Below are positions 48,001 to 63,420 of a DNA stretch of 64,000 nucleotides, one piece after another (position 1 is the first letter of the stretch; every line of letters starts with the position of its first letter). Under the pieces are notes generated by a model that was not told the origin of the DNA, did not search any database, and saw only the letters and a program-made list of their open reading frames with translations. The translations under genes and the position numbers were made by a program. The DNA lies in assembly GCF_009914755.1 (NCBI RefSeq), contig NC_060927.1. One strand, written 5' to 3'. Source of the DNA: the human T2T-CHM13v2.0 reference genome, Homo sapiens.

Positions 48001-51000
48001 TATTATATTAGGTACATAAAATATGAAAGTACATCAAATATAGATTATATACTGTAAATATAATATCAATGTACCCCAAATATATATTTTATACTCTACA
48101 TGAAATATCAAAGTTCACAAACCATATATTATATACTGTACATAAAATATCAAAGTACCCAAGGTATATATTCTATACTGTACAAAAAATATCAAAGTAC
48201 CCAAAGCATGTATTATACACTGTACATAAAATATGAAAGTACATCAAATATATATTTTATTCTGTACATAAAATATCAAAGTACACCAGATATATATTCT
48301 ATAGTGTACATAAAATATCAAAGTACCCAAACTATACATTACATACTGTACATAAAATATGAAATTACATCAAATATATATTATAATAGGTACATAAAAT
48401 ATGAAAGTACATCAAATATAGATTATATACTGTACATTAAATACGAAAGTACCCCAAATATATATTTTATACTGTACATGAAATATTAAAGTACCCAAGG
48501 TATATATTCTATACTGTACAAAAAATATCAAAGTACCCAAAGCATGTATTACAAACTGTACATAAAATATGAAAGTCCATCAAATATATATTTTATTCTG
48601 TACATAAAATATCAAAGTACACCAGATATATATTCTATAGTGTACATAAAATATCAAAGTACCCAAACTATACATTATATACTGTACATAAAATATGAAA
48701 TTACATCAAATATATATTATATTAGGTACATAAAATATGAAAGTACATCAAATATAGATTATATACTGTACATTAAGTACCAAAGTACCCCAAATATATA
48801 TTTTATACTGTACATGAAATATCAAAGTTCACAAACTATATATTATATACTGTACATAAAATATCAAAGTACCCAAGGTATATATTCTATACTGTACAAA
48901 AAATATCAAAGTACCCAAAGCATGTATTATATACTGTACATAAAGTATGAAAGTACATCAAATATATATTTTATTCTGTACATAAAATATCGAGGTACAC
49001 CAGATATATATTCTATAGTGTACATAAAATATCAAAGTACCCAAACTATAAATTATATACTGTACATAAAATATGAAATTACATCAAATATATATTATAT
49101 TAGGTACATAAAATATGAAAGGACATCAAATATAGATTATATACTCTACATTAAATACCAAAGTACCCCAAATATATATTTTATACTGTACATGAAATAT
49201 CAAAGTTCACAAAGTATATATTATATACTGTACATAAAATATCAAAGTACCCAAGGTATATATTCTATACTGTACAAAAGATATCAAAGTACCCAAAGCA
49301 TGTATTATATACTGTACATAAAATATGAAAGTACATCATATATATATTTTATTCTGTACATAAAATATTAAAGTACACCAGATATATATTCTATAGTGTA
49401 CATAAAATATCAAAGTACCCAAACTATACATTATATACTGTACATAAAATATGAAATTACATCAAATATATATTAAGTACATAAAATATGAAAGTACATC
49501 AAATATGGATTATATACTGTACATAAAATATCAATGTACACCAAATATATATTATATACTCTACATGAAATATCAAAGTTCACAAACTATATATTGTATA
49601 CTGTCCATAAAATATCAAAGTACCCAAGGTATATATTCTATACTGTACAAAAAATATCAAAGTACCCAAAGGATGTATTATATAATGTACATAAAATATG
49701 AAAGTACATCAAATATATATTTTATTCTGTACATAAAATATCAAAGAACACCAGATATATATTCTATAGTGTACATAAAATATCAAAGTACCCAAACTAT
49801 ACATTATATACTGTACATAAAATATGAAATTACATCATATATATATTAGGTACATAAAATATGAAAGTACATCAAATATATATTTTATTCTGTACATAAA
49901 ATATCAAAGTACACCAGATATATATTCTATAGTGTACATAAAATAACAAAGTACACAAACTATAAATTATATACTGTACATAAAATATGAAATTACATCA
50001 AATATATATTAGGTACATAAAATATGAAAGTACATCAAATATAGATTATATACTGTACATATAATATCAATGTACCCAAAATATATATTTTATACTCTAC
50101 ATGAAATATCAAAGTTCACAAACCATATATTGTATACTGCACATAAAATATCAAAATACCCAAGGTATATATTCTATACTGTACAAAAAATATCAAAGTA
50201 CCCAAAGCAGGTATTATATACTGTATATAAAATATGAAAGTACATCAAATATATATTTTATTCTGTACATAAAATATCAAAGTACACCAGATATATATTC
50301 TATAGTGTACATAAAATATCAAGGTACCCAAACTATACATTATATACTGTACATAAAATATGAAATTACATCAAATATATATTATATTAGGTACATAAAA
50401 TACGAAAGTACATCAAATATAGATTATATACTGTACATAAAATATCAAAGTACCCCAATATATATTATATACTGTACATGAAATATCAAAGTTCACAAAC
50501 TATATATTATGTAATGTACATAAAATATCAAAGTACCCAAGGTATATATTCTATACTGTACAAAAAATATCAAAGTACCCAAAGCATGTATTATATAATG
50601 TACATAAAATATGAAAGTACATCAAATATATATTTTATTCTGTACATAAAATATCAAAGAACACCAGATATATATTCTATAGTGTACATAAAATATCAAA
50701 GTACCCAAACTATACATTATATACTGTACATAAAATATGAAATTACATCATATATATATTAGGTACATAAAATATGAAAGTACATCAAATATATATTTTA
50801 TTCTGTACATAAAATATCAAAGTACACCAGATATATATTCTATAGTGTACATAAAATAACAAATTACACAAACTATAAATTATATACTGTACATAAAATA
50901 TGAAATTACATCAAATATATAGTAGGTACATAAAATATGAAAGTACATCAAATATAGATTATATACTGTACATATAATATCAATGTACCCAAAATATATA

Positions 51001-51615
51001 TTTTATACTCTACATGAAATATCAAAGTTCACAAACCATATATTGTATACTGCACATAAAATATCAAAATACCCAAGGTATATATTCTATACTGTACAAA
51101 AAATATCAAAGTACCCAAAGCAGGTATTATATACTGTACATAAAATATGAAAGTACATCAAATATATATTTTATTCTGTACATAAAATATCAAAGTACAC
51201 CAGATATATATTCTATAGCGTACATAAAATATCAAAGTACACAAACTATACATTATATACTGTACATAAAATATGAAATTACATCAAATATATATTATAT
51301 TAGGTACATAAAATATGAAAGTACATCAAATATAGATTATATACTGTAAATATAATATCAATGTACCCCAAATATATATTTTATACTCTACATGAAATAT
51401 CAAAGTTCACAAACCATATATTATATACTGTACATAAAATATCAAAGTACCCAAGGTATATATTCTATACTGTACAAAAAATATCAAAGTACCCAAAGCA
51501 TGTATTATACACTGTACATAAAATATGAAAGTACATCAAATATATATTTTATTCTGTACATAAAATATCAAAGTACACCAGATATATATTCTATAGTGTA
51601 CATAAAATATCAAAG
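45014..51615. repeat. Tandem duplication of a 3292-bp block
   Basis: Offset 3292 for 45252/48544, 46159/49451, 46809/50101, 47186/50478, 47722/51014 and 48100/51392. Shared rare markers: ataatagg, tattacaaac, aagtccatc, atcgagg, gaaaggac, ttaagtac. Boundaries are approximate. Confidence 0.92.
45186..45521. repeat. 336-bp 8-monomer variant (monomer 1/2 fusion); second copy at 48478
   Basis: atgaaatattaaagtacccaagg: the start of monomer 1 is joined to the end of monomer 2. The next unit starts at 45522. Confidence 0.9.
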
Positions 51616-52518
51616 TATCCAAACTATACATTATATACTGTACATAAAATATGAAATTACATCAAATATATATTATATTAGGTACATGAAATATGAAAGT
51701 ACATCAAATATAGATTATATACTGTACATAAAATATGAAAGTACCCCAAATATATATTATATACTCTACATGAAATATCAAAGTTCACAAACTATATATT
51801 ATATACTGTACATAAAATATCAAAGTACCCAAGGTATATATTCTATACTGTACAAAAAATATCAAAGTATCCAAAGCATGTATTATATACTGTATATAAA
51901 ATATGAAAGTACATCAAATATATATTTTATTCTGTACATAAAATATCAAAGTACACCAGATATATATTCTATAGTGTACATAAAATATCAACGTACACAA
52001 ACTATAAATTATATACTGTACATAAAATATGAAATTACATCAAATTTATATTAGGTACATAAAATATGAAAGTACATCAAATATAGATTATATACTGTAC
52101 ATATAATATCAATGTACCCGAAATATATATTTTATACTCTACATGAAATATCAAAGTTCACAAACCATATATTGTATACTGCACATAAAATATCAAAATA
52201 CCCAAGGTATATATTCTATACTGTACAAAAAAATCAAAGTACCCAAAGCAGGTATTATATACTGTATATAAAATATGAAAGTACATCAAATATATATTTT
52301 ATTCTGTACATAAAATATCAAAGTACACCAGATATATATTCTATAGTGTACATAAAATATCAAGGTACCCAAACTATACATTATATACTGTACATAAAAT
52401 ATGAAATTACATCAAATATATATTATATTAGGTACATAAAATACGAAAGTACATCAAATATAGATTATATACTGTACATAAAATATCAAAGTACCCCAAT
52501 ATATATTATATACTGTAC

Positions 52519-55500
52519 ATGAAATATCAAAGTTCACAAACTATATATTATGTACTGTACATAAAATATCAAAGTACCCAAGGTATATATTCTATACTGT
52601 ACAAAAAATATCAAAGTACCCAAAGCATGTATTATATAAAGTACATAAAATATGAAAGTACATCAAATATATATTTTATTCTGTACATAAAATATCAAAG
52701 AACACCAGATATATATTCTATAGTGTACATAAAATATCAAAGTACCCAAACTATACATTATATACTGTACATAAAATATGAAATTACATCATATATATAT
52801 TAGGTACATAAAATATGAAAGTACATCAAATATATATTTTATTCTGTACATAAAATATCAAAGTACACCAGATATATATTCTATAGTGTACATAAAATAA
52901 CAAAGTACACAAACTATAAATTATATACTGTACATAAAATATGAAATTACAGCAAATATATATTAGGTACATAAAATATGAAAGTACATCAAATATAGAT
53001 TATATACTGTACATATAATATCAATGTACCCGAAATATATATTTTATATTCTACATGAAATATCAAAGTTCACAAACCATATATTGTATACTGCACATAA
53101 AATATCAAAATACCCAAGGTATATATTCTATACTGTACAAAAAATATCAAAGTACCCAAAGCAGGTATTATATACTGTACATAAAATATGAAAGTACATC
53201 AAATATATATTTTATTCTGTACATAAAATATCAAAGTACACCAGATATATATTCTATAGCGTACATAAAATATCAAAGTACACAAACTATACATTATATA
53301 CTGTACATAAAATATGAAATTACATCAAATATATATTATATTAGGTACATAAAATATGAAAGTACATCAAATATAGATTATATACTGTAAATATAATATC
53401 AATGTACCCGAAATATATATTTTATACTCTACATGAAATATCAAAGTTCACAAACCATATGTTATATACTGTACATAAAATATCAAAGTACCCAAGGTAT
53501 ATATTCTATACTGTACAAAAAATATCAAAGTACACAAAGCATGTATTATATACTGTACATAAAATATAAAATTACATCAAATATATATTTTATTCTGTAC
53601 ATAAAATATCAAAGTACACCAGATATATATTCTATAGTGTACATAAAATATCAAAGTACCCAAACTATACATTATATACTGTACATAAAATATGAAATTA
53701 CATCAAATATATATTATATTAGGTACATAAAATATGAAAGTACATCAAATATAGATTATATACTGTACATAAAATATCAAAGTACCCCAAATATATATTA
53801 TATACTGTACATGTAATATCAAAGTTCACAACTATATATTACATACTGTACATAAAATATCAAAGTACCCAAGGTATATATTCTATACTGTACAAAAAAT
53901 ATCAAAGTACCCAAAGCATGTATTATATGCTGTACATAAAATATGAAAATACATCAAATATATATTTTATTCTGTACATAAAATATCAAAGTACACCAGA
54001 TATATATTCTATAGTGTATATAAAATATCAAAGTACCCAAACTATACATTATATACTGTACATAAAATATGAAATTACATCAAATATATATTATATTAGG
54101 TACATAAAATATGAAAGTACATGAAGTATAGATTATATACTGTACATAAAATATCAAAGTACCCCAAATTTATATTATATACTATACATGAAATATCAAA
54201 GTTTACAAACTATATATTATATACTGTACATAAAATATCAAAGTACCCAAGGTATATATTCTATAGTGTACAAAAAATATCAAAGTACCCAAAGCATGTA
54301 TTATATACCGTACATAAAATATAAAATTACATCAAATATATATTTTATTCTGTACATAAAATATCAAAGTACTCCAGATATATATACTATAGTGTACATA
54401 AAATATCAAAGTACCCAAACTATACATTATACACTGTACATAAAATATGAAATTATATCAAATATATATTAGGTACATAAAATATGAAAGTACATCAAAT
54501 ATAGATTATATACTGTAAATATAATATCAATGTACCCCAAATATATATTTTATACTCTACATGAATATCAAAGTTCACAAACCATATATTATATACTGTA
54601 CATAAAATATCAAAGTACCCAAGTTATATATTCTATACTGTACAAAAAATATCAAAGTACCCAAAGCATGTATTATATACTGTACATAAAATATGAAAGT
54701 ACATCAAATATATATTTTATTCTGTACATAAAATATCAAAGTACACTAGATATATATTCTATAGTGTACATGAAACATCAAAATACCCAAACTATACATT
54801 ATATACTGTACATAAAATATGAGATTACATCAAATATATATTATATTAGGTACATAAAATATGAAAGTACATCAAATATAGATTATATACTGTACATAAA
54901 CTATCAAAGTACCCCGAATATATATTATATACTCTACATGAAATATCAAAGTTCACAAACTATATATTATATACTGTACATAAAATATCAAAGTACCCAA
55001 GGTATATATTCTATACTGTACAAAAAATATCAAAGTACCCAAAGCATGTATTATATACTGTATATAAAATAAGAAAGTACATTAAATATATATTTTATTC
55101 TGTACATAAAATATCAAAGTACACCAGATATATATTCTATAGTGTACATAAAATAACAAAGTACACAAACTATAAATTATATCCTGTACATAAAATATGA
55201 AATTACATCAAATATATATTAGGTACATAAAATATGAAAGTACATCAAATATAGATTATATACTGAACATATAATATCAATGTACCCCAAATATATATTT
55301 GATACTCTACATGAAATATCAAAGTTCAGAAACCATACATTATATACTGTACATAAAATATCAAAGTACCCAAGGTATATATTCTATACTGTACAAAAAA
55401 TATCAAAGTACCCAAAGCATGTATTATATACTGTAGATAATATATGAAAGTACATCAAATATATATTTTATTCTGTACATAAAATATCAAAGTACACCAG

Positions 55501-58500
55501 ATATATATTCTATAGTGTACATAAAATATCAAAGTACCCAAACTATACAATATATACTGTACATAAAATATGAAATTACATCAAATATATATTAGGTACA
55601 TAAAATATGAAAGTACATCAAATAGATATTTTATTCTGTACATAAAATATCAAAGTACACCAGATATATATTCTATAGTGTACATAAAATAACAAAGTAC
55701 ACAAACTATAAATTATATACTGTACATAAAATATGAAATTACATCAAATATATATTAGGTACATAAAATATGAAAGTACATCAAATATAGATTATATACT
55801 GTACATATAATATCAATGTACCCGAAATATATATTTTATACTCTACATGAAATATCAAAGTTCACAAACCATATATTGTATACTGCACATAAAATATCAA
55901 AATACCCAAGGTATATATTCTATACTGTACAAAAAATATCAAAGTACCCAAAGCAGGTATTATATACTGTACATAAAATATGAAAGTACATCAAATATAT
56001 ATTTTATTCTGTACATAAAATATCAAAGTACACCAGATATATATGCTATAGCGTACATAAAATATCAAAGTACACAAACTATACATTATATACTGTACAT
56101 AAAATATGAAATTACATCAAATATATATTATATTAGGTACATAAAATATGAAAGTACATCAAATATAGATTATATACTGTACATTAAATACCAAAGTACC
56201 CCAAATATATATTTTATACTGTACATGAAATTTCAAAGTTCACAAACTATATATTATATACTGTACATAAAATATCAAAGTACCCAAGGTATATATTCTA
56301 TACTGTGCAAAAAATATCAAAGTACCCAAAGCATGTATTATATACTGTATATAAAATATGAAAGTACATCAAATATATATTTTATTCTGTACATAAAATA
56401 TAAATGTACACCAGATATATATTCTATAGTGTACATAAAATATCAAAGTACCCAAACTATACATTATATACTGTACATAAAATATGAAATTACATCAAAT
56501 ATATATTATATTAGGTACATAAAATACGAAAGTACATCAAATATAGATTATATACTGTACATAAAATATCAAAGTACCCCAATATATATTATATACTGTA
56601 CATGAAATATCAAAGTTCACAAACTATATATTATGTACTGTACATAAAATATCAAAGTACCCAAGGTATATATTCTATACTGTACAAAAAATATCAAAGT
56701 ACCCAAAGCATGTATTATATAATGTACATAAAATATGAAAGTACATCAAATATATATTTTATTCTGTACATAAAATATCAAAGAACACCAGATATATATT
56801 CTATAGTGTACATAAAATATCAAAGTACTCAAACTATACATTATATACTGTACATAAAATATGAAATTACATCAAATATATATTAGGTACATAAAATATG
56901 AAAGTACATCAAATATATATTTTATTCTGTACATAAAATATCAAAGTACACCAGATATATATTCTATAGTGTACATAAAATAACAAAGTACACAAACTAT
57001 AAATTATATAATGTACATAAAATATGAAATTACATCAAATATATATTAGGTACATAAAATATGAAAGTACATCAAATATAGATTATATACTGTACATATA
57101 ATATCAATGTACCCGAAATATATATTTTATACTCTACATGAAATATCAAAGTTCACAAACCATATATTGTATACTGCACATAAAATATCAAAATACCCAA
57201 GGTATATATTCTATACTGTACAAAAAATATCAAAGTACCCAAAGCAGGTATTATATACTGTACATAAAATATGAAAGTACATCAAATATATATTTTATTC
57301 TGTACATAAAATATCAAAGTACACCAGATATATATTCTATAGTGTACATAAAATATCAAAGTACCCAAACTATACATTATATACTGTACATAAAATATGA
57401 AATTACAGCAAATATATATTATATTAGGTACATAAAATATGAAAGTACATCAAATATAGATTATATACTGTACATTAAATACCAAAGTACCCCAAATATA
57501 TATTTTATACTGTACATGAAATATCAAAGTTCACAAACTATATATTATATACTGTACATAAAATATCAATGTACCCAAGGTATATATTCTATACTGCACA
57601 AAAAATATCAAAGTACCCAAAGCATGTATTATATACTGTATATAAAATATGAAAGTACATCAAATATATATTTTATTCTGTACATAAAATATCAAAGTAC
57701 ACCAGATATATATTCTATAGTGTACATAAAATATCAAAGTACCCAAACTATACATTATATACTGCACATAAAATATGAAATTACATCAAATATATATTAT
57801 ATTAGGTACATAAAATACGAAAGTACATCAAATATAGATTATATACTGTACATAAAATATCAAAGTACCCCAATATATATTATATACTGTACATGAAATA
57901 TCAAAGTTCACAAACTATATATTATGTACTGTACAGAAAATATCAAAGTACCCAAGGTATATATTCTATACTGTACAAAAAATATCAAAGTACCCAAAGC
58001 ATGTATTATATAATGTACATAAAATATGAAAGTACATCAAATATATATTTTATTCTGTACATAAAATATCAAAGAACACCAGATATATATTCTATAGTGT
58101 ACATAAAATATCAAAGTACCCAAACTATACATTATATACTGTACATAAAATATGAAATTACATCATATATATATTAGGTACATAAAATATGAAAGTACAT
58201 CAAATATATATTTTATTCTGTACATAAAATATCAAAGTACACCAGATATATATTCTATATTGTACATAAAATAACAAAGTACACAAACTATAAATTATAT
58301 ACTGTACATAAAATATGAAATTACATCAAATATATATTAGGTACATAAAATATGAAAGTACATCAAATATAGATTATATACTGTACATATAATATCAATG
58401 TACCCGAAATATATATTTTATACTCTACATGAAATATCAAAGTTCACAAACCATATATTGTATACTGCACATAAAATATCAAAATACCCAAGGTATATAT

Positions 58501-61500
58501 TCTATACTGTAGAAAAAATATCAAAGTACCCAAAGCAGGTATTATATACTGTACATAAAATATGAAAGTACATCAAATATATATTTTATTCTGTACATAA
58601 AATATCAAAGTACACCAGATATATATTCTATAGCGTACATGAAATATCAAAGTACACAAACTATACATTATATACTGTACATAAAATATGAAATTACATC
58701 AAATATATATTAGGTACATAAAATATGAAAGTACATCAAATATAGATTATATACTGTAAATATAATATCAATGTACCCCAAATATATATTTTATACTCTA
58801 CATGAAATATCAAAGTTCACAAACCATATATTATATACTGTACATAAAATATCAAAGTACCCAAGGTATATATTCTATACTGTACAAAAAATATCAAAGT
58901 ACACAAAGCATGTATTATATACTGTACATAAAATATGAAATTACATCAAATATATATTATATTAGGTACATAAAATATGAAAGTACATCAAATATAGATT
59001 ATATACTGTACATAAAATATCAAAGTACCCCAAATATATATTATATACTGTACATGTAATATCAAAGTTCACAACTATATATTACATACTGTACATAAAA
59101 TATCAAAGTACCCAAGGTATATATTCTATACTGTACAAAAAATATCAAAGTACCCAAAGCATGTATTATATACTCTACATAAAATATGAAAGTACATCAA
59201 ATATATACTTTATTCTGTACATAAAATATCAAAGTACACCAGATATATATTCTATAGTGTATATAAAATATCAAAGTACCCAAACTATACATTATATACT
59301 GTACATAAAATATGAAATTACATCAAATATATATTATATTAGGTACATAAAATATGAAAGTACATGAAGTATAGATTATATACTGTAGATAAAATATCAA
59401 AGTACCCCAAATTTATATTATATACTATACATGAAATATCAAAGTTCACAAACTATATATTATATACTGTACATAAAATATCAAAGTACCCAAGGTATAT
59501 ATTCTATAGTGTACAAAAAATATCAAAGTACCCAAAGCATGTATTATATACCGTACATAAAATATAAAATTACATCAAATATATATTTTATTCTGTACAT
59601 AAAATATCAAAGTACACCAGATATATATACTATAGTGTACATAAAATATCAAAGTACCCAAACTATACATTATACACTGTACATAAAATATGAAATTACA
59701 TCAAATATATATTAGGTACATAAAATATGAAAGTACATCAAATATAGATTATATACTGTAAATATAATATCAATGTACCCCAAATATATATTTTATACTC
59801 TACATGAAATATCAAAGTTCACAAACCATATATTATATACTGTACATAAAATATCAAAGTACCCAAGGTATATATTCTATACTGTACAAAAAATATCAAA
59901 GTACCCAAAGCATGTATTATATACTGTACATAAAATATGAAAGTACATCAAATATATATTTTATTCTGTACATAAAATATCAAAGTACACTAGATATATA
60001 TTCTATAGTGTACATAAAACATCAAAATACCCAAACTATACATTATATACTGTACATAAAATATGAGATTACATCAAATATATATTATATTAGGTACATA
60101 AAATATGAAAGTACATCAAATATAGATTATATACTGTACATAAAATATCAAAGTACCCCGAATATATATTATATACTCTACATGAAATATCAAAGTTCAC
60201 AAACTATATATTATATACTGTACATAAAATATCAAAGTACCCAAGGTATATATTCTATACTGTACAAAAAATATCAAAGTACACAAAGCATGTATTATAT
60301 ACTGTATATAAAATAAGAAAGTACATTAAATATATATTTTATTCTGTACATAAAATATCAAAGTACACCAGATATATATTCTATAGTGTACATAAAATAA
60401 CAAAGTACACAAACTATAAATTATATACTGTACATAAAATATGAAATTACATCAAATATATATTAGGTACATAAAATATGAAAGTACATCAAATATAGAT
60501 TATATACTGAACATATAATATCAATGTACCCCAAATATATATTTGATACTCTACATGAAATATCAAAGTTCAGAAACCATACATTATATACTGTACATAA
60601 AATATCAAAGTACCCAAGGTATATATTCTATACTGTACAAAAAATATCAAAGTACCCAAAGCATGTATTATATACTGAACATAATATATGAAAGTACATC
60701 AAATATATATTTTATTCTGTACATAAAATATCAAAGTACACCAGATATATATTCTATAGTGTACATAAAATATCAAAGTACCCAAACTATACATTATATA
60801 CTGTACATAAAATATGAAATTACATCAAATATATATTAGGTACATAAAATATGAAAGTACATCAAATATATATTTTATTCTGTACATAAAATATCAAAGT
60901 ACACCAGATATATATTCTATAGTGTACATAAAATAAGAAAGTACACAAACTATAAATTATATACTGTACATAAAATATGAAATTACATCAAATATATATT
61001 AGGTACATAAAACATGAAAGTACATCAAATATAGATTATATACTGTACATATAATATCAATGTACCCGAAATATACATTTTATACTCTACATGAAATATC
61101 AAAGTTCACAAACCATATATTTTATACTGCACATAAAATATCAAAATACCCAAGGTATATATTCTATACTGTACAAAAAATATCAAAGTACCCAAAGCAG
61201 GTATTATATACTGTACATAAAATATGAAAGTACATCAAATATATATTTTATTCTGTACATAAAATATCAAAGTACACCAGATATATATTCTATAGCGTAC
61301 ATAAAATATCAAAATACACAAACTATACATTATATACTGTACATAAAATATGAAATTACATCAAATATATATTATATTAGGTACATAAAATATGAAAGTA
61401 CATCAAATATAGATTATATACTGTACATTAAATACCAAAGTACCCCAAATATATATTTTATACTGTACATGAAATTTCAAAGTTCACAAACTATATATTA

Positions 61501-63420
61501 TATACTGTACATAAAATATCAAAGTACCCAAGGTATATATTCTATACTGTGCAAAAAATATCAAAGTACCGAAAGCATGTATTATATACTGTATATAAAA
61601 TATGAAAGTACATCAAATATATATTTTATTCTGTACATAAAATATCAAAGTACACCAGATATATATTCTATAGTGTACATAAAATATCAAACTACCCAAA
61701 CTATAAATTATATACTGTACATAAAATATGAAATTACATCAAATATATATTATATTAGGTACATAAAATACTAAAGTACATCAAATATAGATTATATAGT
61801 GTACATAAAATATCAAAGTACCCCAATATATATTATATACTGTACATGAAATATCAAAGTTCACAAACTATATATTATGTACTGTACATAAAATATCAAA
61901 GTACCCAAGGTATATATTCTATACTGTACAAAAAATATCAAAGTACCCAAAGCATGTATTATATAATGTACATAAAATATGAAAGTACATCAAATATATA
62001 TTTTATTCTGTACATAAAATATCAAAGAACACCAGATATATATTCTATAGTGTACATAAAATATCAAAGTACTCAAACTATACATTATATACTGTACATA
62101 AAATATGAAATTACATCAAATATATATTAGGTACATAAAATATGAAAGTACATCAAATATATATTTTATTCTGTACATAAAATATCAAAGTACACCAGAT
62201 ATATATTCTATAGTGTACATAAAATAACAAAGTACACAAACTATAAATTATATAATGTACATAAAATATGAAATTACATCAAATATATATTAGGTACATA
62301 AAATATGAAAGTACATCAAATATAGATTATATACTGTACATATAATATCAATGTACCCGAAATATATATTTTATACTCTACATGAAATATCAAAGTTCAC
62401 AAACCATATATTGTATACTGCACATAAAATATCAAAATACCCAAGGTATATATTCTATACTGTACAAAAAATATCAAAGTACCCAAAGCAGGTATTATAT
62501 ACTGTACATAAAATATGAAAGTACATCAAATATATATTTTATTCTGTACATAAAATATCAAAGTACACCAGATATATATTCTATAGCGTACATAAAATAT
62601 CAAAGTACGCAAACTATACATTATATACTGTACATAAAATATGAAATTACATCAAATATATATTATATTAGGTACATAAAATATGAAAGTACATCAAATA
62701 TAGATTATATACTGTACATTTAATACCAAAGTACCCCAAATATATATTTTATACTGAACATGAAATTTCAAAGTTCACAAACTATATATTATATACTGTA
62801 CATAAAATATCAAAGTACCCAAGGTATATATTCTATACTGTGCAAAAAATATCAAAGTACCCAAAGCATGTATTATATACTGTATATAAAATATGAAAGT
62901 ACATCAAATATATATTTTATTCTGTACATAAAATGTCAAAGTACACCAGATATATATTCTATAGTGTACAAAAAATATCAAAGTACCCAAACTATACATT
63001 ATATACTGTACATAAAATATGAAATTACATCAAATATATATTATATTAGGTACATAAAATACGAAAGTACATCAAATATAGATTATATACTGTACATAAA
63101 ATATCAAAGTACCCCAATATATATTATATACTGTACATGAAATATCAAAGTTCACAAACTATATATTATGTACTGTACATAAAATATCAAAGTACCCAAG
63201 GTATATATTCTATACTGTACAAAAAATATCAAAGTACCCAAAGCATGTATTATATAATGTACATAAAATATGAAAGTACATCAAATATATATTTTATTCT
63301 GTACATAAAATATCAAAGAACACCAGATATATATTCTATAGTGTACATAAAATATCAAAGTACCCAAACTATACATTATATACTGTACATAAAATATGAA
63401 ATTACATCAAATATATATTA
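52519..63420. repeat. Diverged ~5.24-5.37-kb tandem duplication with an internal 1291-bp sub-period
   Basis: Offsets of 5243-5244 for 54121/59364, 55311/60555, 55847/61091, 56602/61846 and 57138/62382, with shared markers acactagat, gagatt, ccccgaat, aataagaa, tttgatac, ttcagaaa, gtactcaaa. Upstream offset is 5374 (52519/57893) = 5243+126+5. Sub-period 1291 = 536+378+377 (55311, 56602, 57893; 60555, 61846, 63137). Confidence 0.82.

Noticed and set aside
4-63140. More than 130 + strand ORFs (61-378 aa) as protein-coding genes
   Set aside because: They are translations of a 42-bp (14-codon) satellite. They are low-complexity, have no recognisable domain, and are broken by frameshifts and stops that are themselves amplified.
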